A stretch of 64,000 nucleotides of DNA, taken from assembly GCA_963662405.2 (NCBI GenBank), contig CAXXKT010000001.1:1664001-1728000 (forward strand). The letters are read 5' to 3'. Of this stretch, positions 41,287 to 50,351 are shown piece by piece. The first letter of the stretch is position 1. Each line of letters starts with the position of its first letter. Source of the DNA: Syntrophales bacterium (GTDB lineage Bacteria; Desulfobacterota; Syntrophia; Syntrophales; UBA2210). Under the pieces are notes generated by a model. That model was not told the origin of the DNA and ran no database searches. It saw only the letters and a program-made list of their open reading frames with translations. The translations under genes and the position numbers were made by a program.

Positions 41287-41980
41287 ACACAAACCCAGGG
41301 CAACTTCCCACTTATAAATCCCTGTTACCTGTCCAAAGAAACCGGACCACCTCTGTGAGCCGGGTCTCCGCGATACTCTTTGCCATTGTCCGTATAGTAT
41401 TGCTCTATTGTATAAGGACATTCTTCCAGGACCTGCTCCAGAAACGTTCTGGAAGAATTCTGTGTCTTGTCCGGAAGTATTGCCGCATACAGTTCTCGGG
41501 AGAAATCGTCAATCGCAACAAACAGATATTCTCTTCTCCCGAATGATGATTCTCCCTTGAGCAGAGGCAGACGTTTTGTATCTCCATGCAGCATCTGACC
41601 GGGATAGTCTTTATTGTAACGTCTGGCCTGTTTTTTCAAACGGGCCTCTATGGCTTCTTCGATCTTTGAAAGACGTTTGATACCATACTTCAGACAGCAG
41701 AACCTTTTGTTCGTACTCGGGTGTATCGAAAAATCCCGTTGCCTGCCACGCTGGATGATCTTGTAAATCGTGGGACGAGAGACGTGATAAACCTCAGCCA
41801 GATAGCTGACCTTCTTACTCTCATCATGATATTCTCCGTAAATCGCCTGGCGCTGAATTGGTGTTAACCGTGTCCGCTTATGAATGACCATGGGACTTCC
41901 TCCTTTCTTACTATCCTTTGGCAGGAAATCCCGAAAATGTAAACAACGCTACTTTATCTTACACATATTCCTTAAAAATA

Positions 41981-43024
41981 TTGAATATTATTATACAAAG
42001 AAAAAATATAAAATACATATTCAGTGCCGTACGGTTTATACTGCCAGTTGGAATATTGTACATAATATTCCAACAAATAGATCTTGTAACATTTAAGTCA
42101 AATATCGTTAAGACAAATGTATGGTGGTTCATAATCGGAATTGCGTATTACCCTATTGTCATATTAATTGGGGGGATTCGATGGCAAGTTATTGCAAGGG
42201 AATATTTAGAAAAGAAACTGAGCGTTGGATTTTTTCTTCGTCATTATTGGATTGGTTTGACTTTAGGATTTTTTGCTCCAGCTTCTTTGGGTTGGGATGT
42301 ATACAAAGTAGCTGTAGCAGGGAAGAAATATGGACAGTATTTAGAAAATATAGCGACCATCCTTGTTGAGAAATTTATGGCTCTGCTAAGTGTTTGTTTC
42401 CTAATTGTTGTATTATTCCCATTTTTAAATGAATACATAAAAAATGATTATAAGTTTGTACAATATCTTACTCAGATAGCAAAATATATTCTATTGATAT
42501 TAGTCATAGGGATATTCTGTCTCAGTTTATTGATGAAGCATCGTTTTCTCTCATGGCTGAGTGGAAAAATAAATCATATTATCAAGAAGATATCCATAAA
42601 AGTCGAAAAAATGTCAAAATCTTCAAATGTGATGGATAGTGCTTATATTTCTTTTTCAAAATTGTTTAAGCCTTTAACAACACCTGTGCCTTTGTCAAAG
42701 ATCTTCTTGTTGTCATTAACCATCCAATTTGTGTCAGCTGTGGGGAATCAGATCTTTTTTCGAGCAGTTGGCTATCCGATTCCAATAATGGTCAATTTAT
42801 TTCTATGTCCTATCTTCTATTTTATTTTTATACTGCCAATATCTTTTGGAAGTATCGGTATAAGAGAAGGGGTCTATATATTATTATATGGTTTCTTTGG
42901 GGTTCCTCAGGAGACTGCTTTGCTGGTAAGCTTCTTAAATTTTGCTGGGATAATTCTTAATCAATTTATTGGGGCCTTGCTAATTATGACCTGTAAGGGT
43001 CTAGAAAAAGATATGATATTTTAA
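41981..43024 (+). CDS. Lysylphosphatidylglycerol-synthase-TM / flippase-like membrane protein (5' end uncertain because of the IS)
   Basis: RWQ..., YWIG.TLG...P...G.D, LPISFGSIGIREG motifs; multiple TMs; the ORF start at 41918 lies inside the IS. Confidence 0.8.
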   Translation: MNIIIQRKNIKYIFSAVRFILPVGILYIIFQQIDLVTFKSNIVKTNVWWFIIGIAYYPIVILIGGIRWQVIAREYLEKKLSVGFFLRHYWIGLTLGFFAPASLGWDVYKVAVAGKKYGQYLENIATILVEKFMALLSVCFLIVVLFPFLNEYIKNDYKFVQYLTQIAKYILLILVIGIFCLSLLMKHRFLSWLSGKINHIIKKISIKVEKMSKSSNVMDSAYISFSKLFKPLTTPVPLSKIFLLSLTIQFVSAVGNQIFFRAVGYPIPIMVNLFLCPIFYFIFILPISFGSIGIREGVYILLYGFFGVPQETALLVSFLNFAGIILNQFIGALLIMTCKGLEKDMIF

Positions 43025-43057
43025 AAAGCATGCGATTGAAAAGGAAGTAATGACGAT

Positions 43058-44200
43058 ATGACAAAGATTCCCTTTAATCGACCGTTCATCGTCGGCAAGG
43101 AGCTATACTATATCGCCCAGGCCGTTCAAGGGGGGCACCTGGCCGGAGACGGGGTCTTTACGAAAAAGTGCAACGAGTGGATGGAACAAGAATTTGACGC
43201 AAAGAAGGTACTCCTGACCCATTCGGGTACCGCCGCGCTCGATATGTCCGCCATGCTCTGTGACCTCGATCCGGGTGACGAGGTGATCATGCCCTCCTTT
43301 ACCTTTGTCTCCACCGCTAACGCCTTCGCATTGCAGGGTGCAACGATACGCTTTGTCGATATCCGTTCCGATACCCTGAATATGAATGAAAACCTGATTG
43401 AGGCTGCCGTTAACGAAAAGACAAAGGTCATTGTGCCGGTTCATTACGCGGGCATATCCTGCGAGATGGATACGATTATGGAGATCGCGGGTCGGCACGA
43501 CCTCCTGGTCGTAGAGGACGCGGCCCAGGGTGTAAACGCGACATACAAGGGGCGCTATCTGGGGACCATCGGCCATCTCGGCGCGTACAGCTTTCACGAG
43601 ACAAAAAATTTTATCAGCGGCGAAGGGGGGGCGCTGGTGGTGAATGACGATCGCTTTGTTGAACGGGCAGAGATCGTCCGCGAGAAAGGGACCAACCGCA
43701 GCAAATTCTTCCGCGGCGAGGTGGACAAGTATACCTGGGTCGACGTCGGATCGTCATTCCTCCCCTCGGAGATTGTCGCTGCCTTCCTCTATGCGCAGCT
43801 CGAAGAGGCAGACACCATAACGCAAAAAAGACATGAAATCTTCAAGTATTATGCGGATCAGCTTGAGCCGCTGGTCAAAAACGGGTTTATCCGCATCCCG
43901 ACAGTTCCTGGAGAATGTCGGCACAACGCTCATCTCTTTTACCTGATTATCGAAACCTCGAGGGAAGATCGAGGCCGTTTGCTCGTGCACCTGAAAAAGA
44001 AGAGGATTGGAGCGGTATTCCACTATGTTCCTCTCCATACATCACCGATGGGCCGGAAGATGGGATACGAGGAAGGAGCCCTGCCGGTAACTGAAGAGAT
44101 GAGCGAGCGTTTGGTAAGGCTTCCGTGCTACTACGAGTTGACCAGGGAGGAACAGGATCACGTGATAGGATCGGTCCTCGAATTTTTTGGCTCTGCGTAA
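43058..44200 (+). CDS. wecE: dTDP-4-amino-4,6-dideoxygalactose transaminase
   Basis: IPFNRP, FSFHETKNFISGEGG-type PLP lysine motif, EKGTNRS.FFRGEVDKYTWVD.GSS, VFHYVPLH. Confidence 0.92.
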   Translation: MTKIPFNRPFIVGKELYYIAQAVQGGHLAGDGVFTKKCNEWMEQEFDAKKVLLTHSGTAALDMSAMLCDLDPGDEVIMPSFTFVSTANAFALQGATIRFVDIRSDTLNMNENLIEAAVNEKTKVIVPVHYAGISCEMDTIMEIAGRHDLLVVEDAAQGVNATYKGRYLGTIGHLGAYSFHETKNFISGEGGALVVNDDRFVERAEIVREKGTNRSKFFRGEVDKYTWVDVGSSFLPSEIVAAFLYAQLEEADTITQKRHEIFKYYADQLEPLVKNGFIRIPTVPGECRHNAHLFYLIIETSREDRGRLLVHLKKKRIGAVFHYVPLHTSPMGRKMGYEEGALPVTEEMSERLVRLPCYYELTREEQDHVIGSVLEFFGSA

Positions 44201-44265
44201 AGATCTGGGCCATGGAGATGAAGGGGTACACGGATGATTTGTCATGACGTCGGAGAAGGACAGGG

Positions 44266-45285
44266 ATGAAACGTGTCCTGAAGAATAGTGCCACCCGGGT
44301 GTTGCATAGTGCAGGCGTGGCGGCTCTCTACATAAAGCGGAAGAGCAAAAAAAAGGCTCTCGTTCTTTCTTACCACCGTGTTGTTCCCGGAAAAGAAATC
44401 GATGAGTCCCGCATGATGCCGGGTATGTATCTTTCTTCGGAGGCGTTTCAGGAGGAGATAGAATGGTTACGGCATCGCTTTGATCTTGTTCCTCTTGAAG
44501 CGATAATAAAAAAAGTCAGAACTGGTCTCCCATGGGAGCGTCCCCTGTGTGCCGTTACCTTTGATGACGGGTGGAAGGATGTGTATGAGCACGCGTTCCC
44601 TGTTCTCAAAAGGACCGGTGTCCCCGCCACGGTATTTTTGGTGGGGGCAGGACAACGGTCAGATACATTGAACTGTTTCGACTCCTGTTTTGAGTCGGTC
44701 CTGAGGGTTAAAGATTTCGGGACCGAAATCTCAGGTGTCGAAGAAATAGACGCGATCATAGGGGCTGATGATATTACCGACAAGCGCGAAAAAGCCCGTC
44801 TTGCCATCCATACATTGCGCGGTCTCCCCTATGACAAGTTTGTGCTGGCATGTAACAACCTGACCCGGTATCTCGCATCTCACGTTGATTACGCTTCTCT
44901 GAAAGACAAATACCAAATGCTTTCCATTGATAACATAAAGCATATGAGTGAGAACGGGATCGATTTTGGTTACCATTCAAAGAGCCATTATATCCTCACA
45001 CGCATCCCTGAATCTCTTCTGGATGATGAATTGGTGATTCCGACGCAAGAATATCTCTCGGTGGGAATCAAATTAAAACCTGTCTTTTGCTATCCCGATG
45101 GACAGTACAATGAAAAGATAATATCGGTGCTGGAGAACAACGGGTACCAGGGGGCAGTTACCTTGAACAAGGGGTATAATACCTGCGGTGGTAATCCGTT
45201 TGTGCTGAAACGGATCAACCTTCATGAGGGGAACGCGGGGTCTTTGCCTCTGTTCCTGACATCCATTGGTATCCTCAACCGGTAA
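44266..45285 (+). CDS. Polysaccharide deacetylase (NodB/CE4)
   Basis: LSYHRV, VTFDDGW, FGYHSKSH, FCYPDG. Confidence 0.88.
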   Translation: MKRVLKNSATRVLHSAGVAALYIKRKSKKKALVLSYHRVVPGKEIDESRMMPGMYLSSEAFQEEIEWLRHRFDLVPLEAIIKKVRTGLPWERPLCAVTFDDGWKDVYEHAFPVLKRTGVPATVFLVGAGQRSDTLNCFDSCFESVLRVKDFGTEISGVEEIDAIIGADDITDKREKARLAIHTLRGLPYDKFVLACNNLTRYLASHVDYASLKDKYQMLSIDNIKHMSENGIDFGYHSKSHYILTRIPESLLDDELVIPTQEYLSVGIKLKPVFCYPDGQYNEKIISVLENNGYQGAVTLNKGYNTCGGNPFVLKRINLHEGNAGSLPLFLTSIGILNR

Positions 45286-45296
45286 GGTCAGATTTT

Positions 45297-46673
45297 ATGA
45301 TTGGTTCTCAAACGTCCGCATGGAGCGCACCGCGTCGGGTTCGGACGGGTTTTAGAATAAATATAATGAAGTTGAAAGAATATGTGCGGTTTGACTCGGG
45401 ATTGCTATCGATCTTATTGTCGGCGTATTACCTGTTGAAATATATGTGTATCAAGGTATGTAAGAATGACATCTCCGGCCTGACCGTTATGGGGAGTATG
45501 TTCCGACACACGAAATTTGATCGGGTCAGAGAAATGGCAACCCACTATCTTTTAAAAGCAATTGCTGTTCATGGAGTTGTTAGGGTGGGGGGAGAGTTTC
45601 GTCAAGGTGCGGCCAGGACGATCAGCGAGAAAAATGAAGATAAAATGAGGCACAGCATAGAATCGGGACACAGGCTTTTGCATAACCGCCTCTTAATCCT
45701 TTCATCTCCTGTCGAGGGGGCAAAGGGCGTGCTCATTGTGAAGTTTACAGAGTCCTTTAAGTACGTGCTGCGGATATTTGATATGAAAAGTCTTTGCGAG
45801 GATTATGTAATTATTGTTGAACCCAGTGCCAGTGGGTATTTTGACGAAGACATATTGCAGCTTCTCTCTTTGGAGGAGCCTGTGCTGATCCAGGCACTAG
45901 AACCGGTTGATTACGATTTTATCAGTAAGCTCCAATCGAATCTGATCCCCATTCGAATCGGCGCGAACCATTGGGTTGATGATCGTGTGTTTTATCCGAT
46001 TGACGGTGTTGATAAGATCTATGATGTCGTCATGGTAGCAATTTGGGCGGATGTTAAACGCCACTATCATCTTTTCGAGGCCTTGAGCAAGATTGATAAG
46101 GAAATGAGGATTGCCTTGGTGGGTGCCCCATGGGGGAAAACGATCGAACAGATAAAGGAGGAAGCCGACTATTATGGTGTGCTCCATAGGATAGACTTTT
46201 TTGAAAGACTTCCGCAGGCTGATATCAATATACTCCTGAATCAGTCAAAATGTTTTTTGCTTTTATCGAAAAAAGAAGGGCCCAATAAAGCAATTATTGA
46301 GGCGATGTATGCCGATGTCCCCGTTTTCATCTTAGAAGGCTTCAACTACGGATTTCCATATCCATATATTAATCAGAGTACGGGTGGATTTATTAATCCC
46401 AGAGACCTGAGAAAATTTCTCTTAGACCTGGATGAGGTGTTGAAAAACAGTACGTTTGCTCCACGGGAGTGGATTCAAGCCCATGTGTCGGCACAGGCAT
46501 CAACACGAGAACTCATTGATCAGTTGAATCTGGTGGAACGAGAATACCGGATAAAAATAAACAAGGATCTGTTTATAAAGATTAACACCCCTGAACTGGA
46601 TTACTATGACAAACAGGCATGGGGTGCTGTCAAATTATCCATGACTGATCTGAAAGGATACCTGAGGCATTGA
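45297..46673 (+). CDS. GT4-type glycosyltransferase (start may be ATG 45366)
   Basis: KRHY.LFEA; S.KEG....IIEAM...VPV (EX7E motif). Confidence 0.8.
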   Translation: MIGSQTSAWSAPRRVRTGFRINIMKLKEYVRFDSGLLSILLSAYYLLKYMCIKVCKNDISGLTVMGSMFRHTKFDRVREMATHYLLKAIAVHGVVRVGGEFRQGAARTISEKNEDKMRHSIESGHRLLHNRLLILSSPVEGAKGVLIVKFTESFKYVLRIFDMKSLCEDYVIIVEPSASGYFDEDILQLLSLEEPVLIQALEPVDYDFISKLQSNLIPIRIGANHWVDDRVFYPIDGVDKIYDVVMVAIWADVKRHYHLFEALSKIDKEMRIALVGAPWGKTIEQIKEEADYYGVLHRIDFFERLPQADINILLNQSKCFLLLSKKEGPNKAIIEAMYADVPVFILEGFNYGFPYPYINQSTGGFINPRDLRKFLLDLDEVLKNSTFAPREWIQAHVSAQASTRELIDQLNLVEREYRIKINKDLFIKINTPELDYYDKQAWGAVKLSMTDLKGYLRH

Positions 46674-46727
46674 ATAGTGTGCCTCTGGTTAAAGGAGCCC
46701 TTCACATAAGAGGTAAGGTTCTGTCCC

Positions 46728-48110
46728 ATGAATCCAACAATATATGCCAGGGTTTTCATTGGTTTGTTTCTTTTCATTGCCGTTTCCCCCTGTTTCTCTT
46801 CGGCAGGTGCCTTGCGGGAGCATCATGTTGCTGTATCGGGGAACGATGTATTGGGGGACGGGACGTTGCAAAAGCCCTGGAGGACAATCAAGTTTGCAGT
46901 TTCCGAGATAAAGGGCGGGGATATCATTACCATTCATGGGGGAACATATCGGGAAAATTATATTAAGATTTTTCCTTCAGCTTCTGGGAGTAAACAGCAT
47001 CCAACTGTAATACGCGCCGCGAAAAATGAAAAGGTGACGATTTATGGCCTGTTAGACAAAAAAAGTAAAGATCCCTATGCGATGGGAGTCCATGATGCCT
47101 CGCATGTGACGATAGAAGGTCTGAAAATAATAGGCTATAACCGTATAGCCGAAGGGGGAAGAGGTGGGACTCTTTTTATAAGTGGTAGCAGAAGACCCTG
47201 CACGAATGTAAAAATCACCAATTGCGAATTGATAAATAGCGGCACCAAACTCAAAGGAGGGTTGAATCAGTCAATTGTCGTCTTTAACTCTACCAAAAAC
47301 TGCGAGATCACTCATTGCAGAATTTACGGTTCTGACAAGTGCGACAGAACGGGGATAAAGATATGGAGCAGTACATCTGAACTGTTGGTCCAGGGTAATG
47401 AGATCTTCAACCTTTTGAGAAGAGGGATTGACAATAAACATGGCGGAAGAAACAAAAACCATAGAATTTTGAATAATTATATTCATGATATCGGACGCCT
47501 GGGTATCCATCTGAATGGTGACGGATCGCTGGTCGAAAATAATGTGTTATACAAGTGTGATGAGGCGGGGATTGGTGTGTGGAGGAATGAGGGGTCACCC
47601 GGCGGTAGTCATAGTATTCTGAATCATAATACCATTGTGAATTGTGGGGCAGCAGGCATCTACTTGGGGGCTGGTCCAGCGGGGACAGATGGATTCCGGA
47701 ACTGCACGGTCACAAATAATATTATCCTGAATTGCAGCGGCGAGTTTCGGGAATTATCCATAACTCCCTATGGAGGATCATCACATTTCGATTTCGGACA
47801 TACCATAGATTACAATTGTTATTTTAATCATAGTAATTTAGTCGTTATCCGCGACCACAAGAGCGAGTTTACGTTGCGTGAGTGGCAGGCATTTTCGGGG
47901 CAAGATGCCCATTCGGTACAACAGAATCCGGAACTTCTTGGCGAACTTGATGGCTTTCACGATCTCTGTGACTTTCGAGTAAGCGAGAGGGGTTCAGGAT
48001 CATTGAGGGCTTCGGATGGCGGGATTATCGGCGCGGATATTCAGAGTATGAAGGGGTACCCTGGCCATCTGCCTCTGGCTCCATCAAATGTCCGGGTATC
48101 CACCCCGTAA
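46728..48110 (+). CDS. Secreted right-handed beta-helix protein (pectate-lyase-like fold)
   Basis: Signal peptide; SGND...GT..KPWRTI..A, GD.I.IHGGTYRE; Asn/Ile ladder repeats. Confidence 0.82.
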   Translation: MNPTIYARVFIGLFLFIAVSPCFSSAGALREHHVAVSGNDVLGDGTLQKPWRTIKFAVSEIKGGDIITIHGGTYRENYIKIFPSASGSKQHPTVIRAAKNEKVTIYGLLDKKSKDPYAMGVHDASHVTIEGLKIIGYNRIAEGGRGGTLFISGSRRPCTNVKITNCELINSGTKLKGGLNQSIVVFNSTKNCEITHCRIYGSDKCDRTGIKIWSSTSELLVQGNEIFNLLRRGIDNKHGGRNKNHRILNNYIHDIGRLGIHLNGDGSLVENNVLYKCDEAGIGVWRNEGSPGGSHSILNHNTIVNCGAAGIYLGAGPAGTDGFRNCTVTNNIILNCSGEFRELSITPYGGSSHFDFGHTIDYNCYFNHSNLVVIRDHKSEFTLREWQAFSGQDAHSVQQNPELLGELDGFHDLCDFRVSERGSGSLRASDGGIIGADIQSMKGYPGHLPLAPSNVRVSTP

Positions 48111-48120
48111 TGAACCGGGA

Positions 48121-49095
48121 ATGACAATGAAAAGAGAGATCTGGATAACGTGGGAGCGGCAGAGGAGAAACAGCGGGATCAGTTCGGCTCTGGGATGGCC
48201 CCTGTATGAGATGATCGATGGCTCGCCGCGGCTGATCCGGTACGGCCGCCTGATTACAAGAACGATCCGGACCCTGTTGCGGGAAAAACCTTTGGTCGTT
48301 TGTGTCCAGAATCCTTCTATCGTCCTGGCTCTGGTCGCTATTCTGTGCAGGGGGGGCATGGGGTACCGCTGTATCGTCGATGCCCATAACAGCGGCCTCA
48401 TACCCCTGGAGGGGAGGTCCCGGCTCCTGCTGGAGATCGCCCGGTGGATTCAGCGGAGGGCCGATCTCACGATTGTGACCAACGATGAGATGAAGGTTGT
48501 GGTGGAGGCGAACGGCGGAGAGGCCGTCATTCTCCCCGACAGGATCCCGGCGGTTCCTCCGGTCGAACCGGTGACAACGCGCGGTCGCAAGACCGTCACT
48601 TATGTCTGCACCTTCAGCGAGGACGAACCGTATGAAGACGTTATCAAAGCGGCCGGGTTACTCGATAAGGATACGGTGGTGTACATTACTGGCAACCACC
48701 GTGGCAGAATCGATCCAGAATCATTTCCCCCCAATGTCGAACTGACGGGGTTTATCGACGAGACAGCCTACTGGTCACTCCTCGCCGCCTCCGACGCCGT
48801 TATGGTCCTGACGCTGCGGGAGGGGTGTCTCGTCTGCGGGGCGTATGAAACGGTCGCGCTGGGTAGACCGCTGATCCTTTCGGATACAAAGGCGCTCCGG
48901 TCGTATTTTGACCGGGGGTGTGTCTATGTGACGCCGGACCCCCGGTCGATTGCGGAAGGTATCCGGGAGGCGTTGCGGAAAAGGGAGGAGTTGCTGACCG
49001 GAATCAGGAATCTGCGCGAGACGATCGACCGGTCGTGGGCAGGTATCTTCTCTGCATTCCGTCATCGTATTCGGAAACTTTCGAATGGAGGTTGA
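48121..49095 (+). CDS. GT4-type glycosyltransferase
   Basis: VDAHN, IVTN, EDEP, GAYETVALGRPLILSD; the ORF extends upstream to 48088. Confidence 0.82.
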   Translation: MTMKREIWITWERQRRNSGISSALGWPLYEMIDGSPRLIRYGRLITRTIRTLLREKPLVVCVQNPSIVLALVAILCRGGMGYRCIVDAHNSGLIPLEGRSRLLLEIARWIQRRADLTIVTNDEMKVVVEANGGEAVILPDRIPAVPPVEPVTTRGRKTVTYVCTFSEDEPYEDVIKAAGLLDKDTVVYITGNHRGRIDPESFPPNVELTGFIDETAYWSLLAASDAVMVLTLREGCLVCGAYETVALGRPLILSDTKALRSYFDRGCVYVTPDPRSIAEGIREALRKREELLTGIRNLRETIDRSWAGIFSAFRHRIRKLSNGG

Positions 49096-50217
49096 ATAAT
49101 CAGAGCCGCGGGAGAGAATACCTCCGTCAGGGTATGTCACATCGTCTCCGGCGACCTGTGGGGAGGTGCCGAGGCAGTCGTGTATCATCTCAGCCGGGGT
49201 TTAAAAGCTCTGGGTATGGAGATCTCGGTGATTACCTTCAACGAGGGAAAGCTCCAAGGATTGCTGCAGGAAGATGATATAGACGTATCGGTTATCGACG
49301 AAGGGACGCACTCGTTGCTCCGGCTGGCGGGGGAGGTCAGAAGGCGCGTTGCCGGTACGAGCCCGGTGATTCTACACTCCCATGGGTACAAAGAGAACAT
49401 GGTCGCCTTCGCCGTATCGAGGATAATCCCTTCCGTGCGGCTAGTTGCCACCCAGCACGGCTGGCCGGAGGTTTACGGGAGGCGATTGGATCTGAAGTAC
49501 CAGCTCCTGAATCGACTCAATCTTTTCATCACAGCTCGTTTCTTTGACCGTCTCGTCTGTGTATCCGAGGATATGAAGGGGATTCTTCTCAGAAAAAGCG
49601 GGAAGGCGGCGGGAAAAGCCGTGGTTATCCGCAACGGGATTGATGTGCATGTCGGCGCACGAAAACGGAAACAGGGGAAGCACTTTGTGATCGGATCGTG
49701 CGGGAGGTTCGTTACCGTGAAGGATTTCCCATTTCTTGTCGCCATCGCCACCTCCATCCGGGAACGGAACGACAGTGTCCGCTTCAGGCTGGCAGGGGAC
49801 GGTCCGGATCTTGACAGGGTGAAGGCCCTCGTGAAGAGCAACAAGCTAGAGGATGCGTTTTCATGTGTCGGTCCCGTCGATGATATGAATGATTTTTACC
49901 GGGGACTGGACCTGTACGTCAATACCTCCCTGCATGAAGGGATACCGGTGAGTGTCCTGGAGGCGATGCTTCACGGTCTCCCCGTTGTCGCGCCCCGCGT
50001 CGGAGGGCTGGGAGAGGTGATAAGCGATGGGATCGACGGATACCTGATCGATGAGCGGGATCCCTCCCGGTATGGTGACCGGTGTCTGGAGCTTATGGAA
50101 GACCCCGACCGGTACGATGCGATGTCGCGCGCCGCGGTGGCGAAGGTGACGACCTCCTTCGGCGCCGAGAGAATGGCACAGGACTACCTTTCGATGTACC
50201 GGAATGTTGCCACATGA
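49096..50217 (+). CDS. GT4 glycosyltransferase; conserved N-terminus precedes the first canonical start (GTG 49180)
   Basis: In-frame upstream RVCHIVSGDLWGGAE; HSHGYK; S.HEG.P...LEAM..GLPVVA..VGG. Confidence 0.82.
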   Translation: MIRAAGENTSVRVCHIVSGDLWGGAEAVVYHLSRGLKALGMEISVITFNEGKLQGLLQEDDIDVSVIDEGTHSLLRLAGEVRRRVAGTSPVILHSHGYKENMVAFAVSRIIPSVRLVATQHGWPEVYGRRLDLKYQLLNRLNLFITARFFDRLVCVSEDMKGILLRKSGKAAGKAVVIRNGIDVHVGARKRKQGKHFVIGSCGRFVTVKDFPFLVAIATSIRERNDSVRFRLAGDGPDLDRVKALVKSNKLEDAFSCVGPVDDMNDFYRGLDLYVNTSLHEGIPVSVLEAMLHGLPVVAPRVGGLGEVISDGIDGYLIDERDPSRYGDRCLELMEDPDRYDAMSRAAVAKVTTSFGAERMAQDYLSMYRNVAT

Positions 50218-50351
50218 ATATGGCGTGGGCAGTCATGAGAATGGAAAGAAATTATCGGCAGCGACGGGATCACGTAAAGGCAGAAGACGATCTCCCGTCA
50301 GGTTATCGACTTTCCCTTCTATCCATAATAGCTCAATAATTGCAAAGTTGA

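Larger units (their letters stand above)
40081..41354 (+). mobile_element. IS3-family insertion sequence, 1274 bp, apparently intact
   Basis: 28-bp IRs AGAG(C/G)TGGTC...TTTGGACAGGT; 3-bp target duplication GTG (40078-40080, 41355-41357); orfA and orfB. Confidence 0.93.
39808..41891 (-). pseudogene. IS481-family transposase split by IS3 insertion
   Basis: 41891-41355 (HTH, LHGDTK, AIDDFSR, TDNGKEY) joins in frame with 40077-39808 (TNGKAER, YN..KPH) to give 268 aa. Confidence 0.9.
39787..41963 (-). mobile_element. IS481-family insertion sequence (900 bp net), interrupted by IS3
   Basis: 26-bp imperfect terminal IRs with TGT...ACA ends (39787-39812, 41938-41963); flanks CATATGC / CATATTC; DDE transposase inside. 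Confidence 0.85.
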
